A stretch of DNA of 62,574 nucleotides, the filler included, from Rhabdomonas costata (taxonomy: Eukaryota), in assembly GCA_019059605.1 (NCBI GenBank). It is 30 parts of 30 records of this genome, joined end to end, with 100 filler letters (N's around TTAATTAATTAA, not from the genome) between each part and the next. Parts side by side here need not be neighbours in the genome. Positions count along the whole stretch, not along the records: positions 60,587 to 62,574 come from JAHMHO010006688.1; 29 more parts are not named here. The stretch is one strand, 5' to 3'. The notes below the pieces were generated by a model, which saw only the letters and a list, made by a program, of their open reading frames with translations, did no database searches and was not told the origin of the DNA. The position numbers were made by a program, and so were the translations under genes. Position 1 is the first letter of the stretch. Each line of letters opens with the position of its first letter. Below are positions 61,135-62,574 of the stretch, piece after piece.

Positions 61135-62574
61135 CTGCCGTCAATCAGAAGCCTGACGCTGTACGCGCCGAACTTGGAGGTCTGCTCCGAGGGAGAGAAG
61201 CTCATCTCAAACTCCGTCCCCATCCGCGCCAGAGCGAACACCGCAGTGAGCCACTTCGGGCACAGTGTCCCTCCGGCGAGGGCGGGCAAAGCCGGACCCC
61301 CTGACGTGCGTGATCGCTCTCTTTCTCTCGACGCATGGATGATGCCTGTGCATATGTGTGCGAAGTGGGTGGGGGGATTGAGTGGAGTGGATGGGCTGGT
61401 AATACTTGTCCCACTTTGACAAAGTGTGGAAGGAAGAGGGCTGTCGTAAAATGGAGCCCCCCACAGGGCTCAGCGACTACTTCTCAACTTTGCACGTAAT
61501 CCCCTGGGATTCCCGCAGTAGATTTTGCATGGGGTTGTAGCGCGGTGCATGCGTCCCATGACACTTTGTCCAGACCGCTCCACGCTCCAGTCTGCGAAAA
61601 GATCCCAGGCGCTTGCGGTATTCCGATCTAGTGGTCACCGTTCGAGACGATCGGTATGCATGGGTCTGCGGAGCAGGGTAGGGGTCCAAAGAAGGCCCCC
61701 AAGACACCATTGGGAAGAAAGAAGCGAATTGTGTCTGCAAGGGTGGGAGACGCTCACCCTGTTCAACAATGTGACGGTGGGGAAAGATGTCGCGCAGCCT
61801 CCTCCACTCCAGGGCGTCCTTCTTCGAGCTAGACCACTCCTCCTGTGCGTGAGTACAAGGCGGTGATCCATAAACGCATACGACTAACCTCATGCATGTC
61901 CTTCCCTTCCGTTCCCAGCCCTTGCCTTCCCTTCGCTTCCCTTTCGTTCCGTTTTCTTCCTCTCCCTTCCCTAGGCTTCACGCATATCACATACCTCCAC
62001 CATTCTTCGCGAACATGTGCAGAGCAGAGCCTCCTCCACCTTTACTCAAACAACATGTCGCCCCACCCAGCCAACATGGAGGTCACGACGGCAAACCTCG
62101 CTCTGGGAGGCGGACAGCCCGTAGAGGCTGGAGTAGGTCGGCGGAAAGTCAGCTGAGAGGTAACCGAGAATTGAGGCATTGTTCGCATTGCTCTACGATT
62201 TACCAAGCGAAGCAGACCCAAAAACGTACCGACAGACCATTCTGGCGGGCACGCCACCGGACCCAAACAGGGCTTCAACGATGGCAAAAGTAGAAAAAAC
62301 AACCGATTAAGATTCCTGAGATTTCCGTCAATATCGAATCGTGAGCAAAATGGAAGCTTAAAGACACACTGCTTCGCTGAAGGCACCCGTGGAGGTCTGT
62401 CCGCGAAAAATTAAGGGGAAGGCGAGTACCGTCCACAAATTTCCTGCCCTGGTCGATGCACTGCTGAGCAATCCTGAGGATGGGGTTCACTGCGAACAGC
62501 GCGGAGCAGCGGGGATGTCTGGGGAGGTCGCCCAAGTCGAACCCGAAGCCCTGATAAGAAGGACTTGCAAACAA
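61135..62574 (-). CDS. Calpain-like protein (CysPc N-terminal half) lacking the catalytic Cys, partial; 4 exons
   Basis: Exons 62574-62430, 62152-62097, 61842-61758 and 61300-61135 splice to KFVDADFPPTYSSLYG...EWRRLRDIF...GGTLCPKWLTAVFAL...FGAYSVRLLIDG. Confidence 0.85.

Noticed and set aside
1-62574. Gene neighbourhood or operon-like system across the window
   Set aside because: The contigs are unrelated and of near-identical length, so adjacency across spacers carries no information.
2248-62574. Euglenid-type non-conventional (non GT/GC-AG) introns, spliced-leader RNA, rRNA or tRNA genes
   Set aside because: Every junction constrained by homology could be explained as GT-AG or GC-AG. No RNA gene was recognised by eye; covariance-model searches were not run.

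Overview
This window is not one locus. It joins 30 unrelated contigs of about 1.99 kb each with an artificial 100-nt spacer (N-run, TTAATTAATTAA, N-run). Most contigs start with a G/T-only tract and end with a C/A-only tract, and five carry end-anchored inverted duplications. Both features point to degenerate-primer whole-genome amplification. The DNA is from an intron-rich eukaryote with GC-rich exons, mostly GT-AG introns of about 40-900 nt and TTAGGG-type repeats. A euglenozoan (euglenid-like) protist is my inference, not an identification. Splicing exons by hand gives fragments of a sensor histidine kinase, PurL/PFAS, XMAP215/ch-TOG, SPT16, a divergent eIF4E, a class III nucleotide cyclase, pyridoxal kinase and an S8 subtilase. 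It also gives two MORN proteins, a CocE/NonD hydrolase, an RRM protein, a CRA-domain protein, a SANT/Myb protein, a FAM69/PKDCC-like kinase and a non-catalytic calpain. Mobile DNA includes a decayed Gag and two CRE-like non-LTR fragments. The best candidates for novelty are a decayed Fanzor/TnpB-like C-terminus interrupted by a CRE fragment, and a 90-bp element with a 5-bp target-site duplication, 9-bp inverted ends and a telomeric-repeat core. All family assignments are by eye from motifs; no database search was run.
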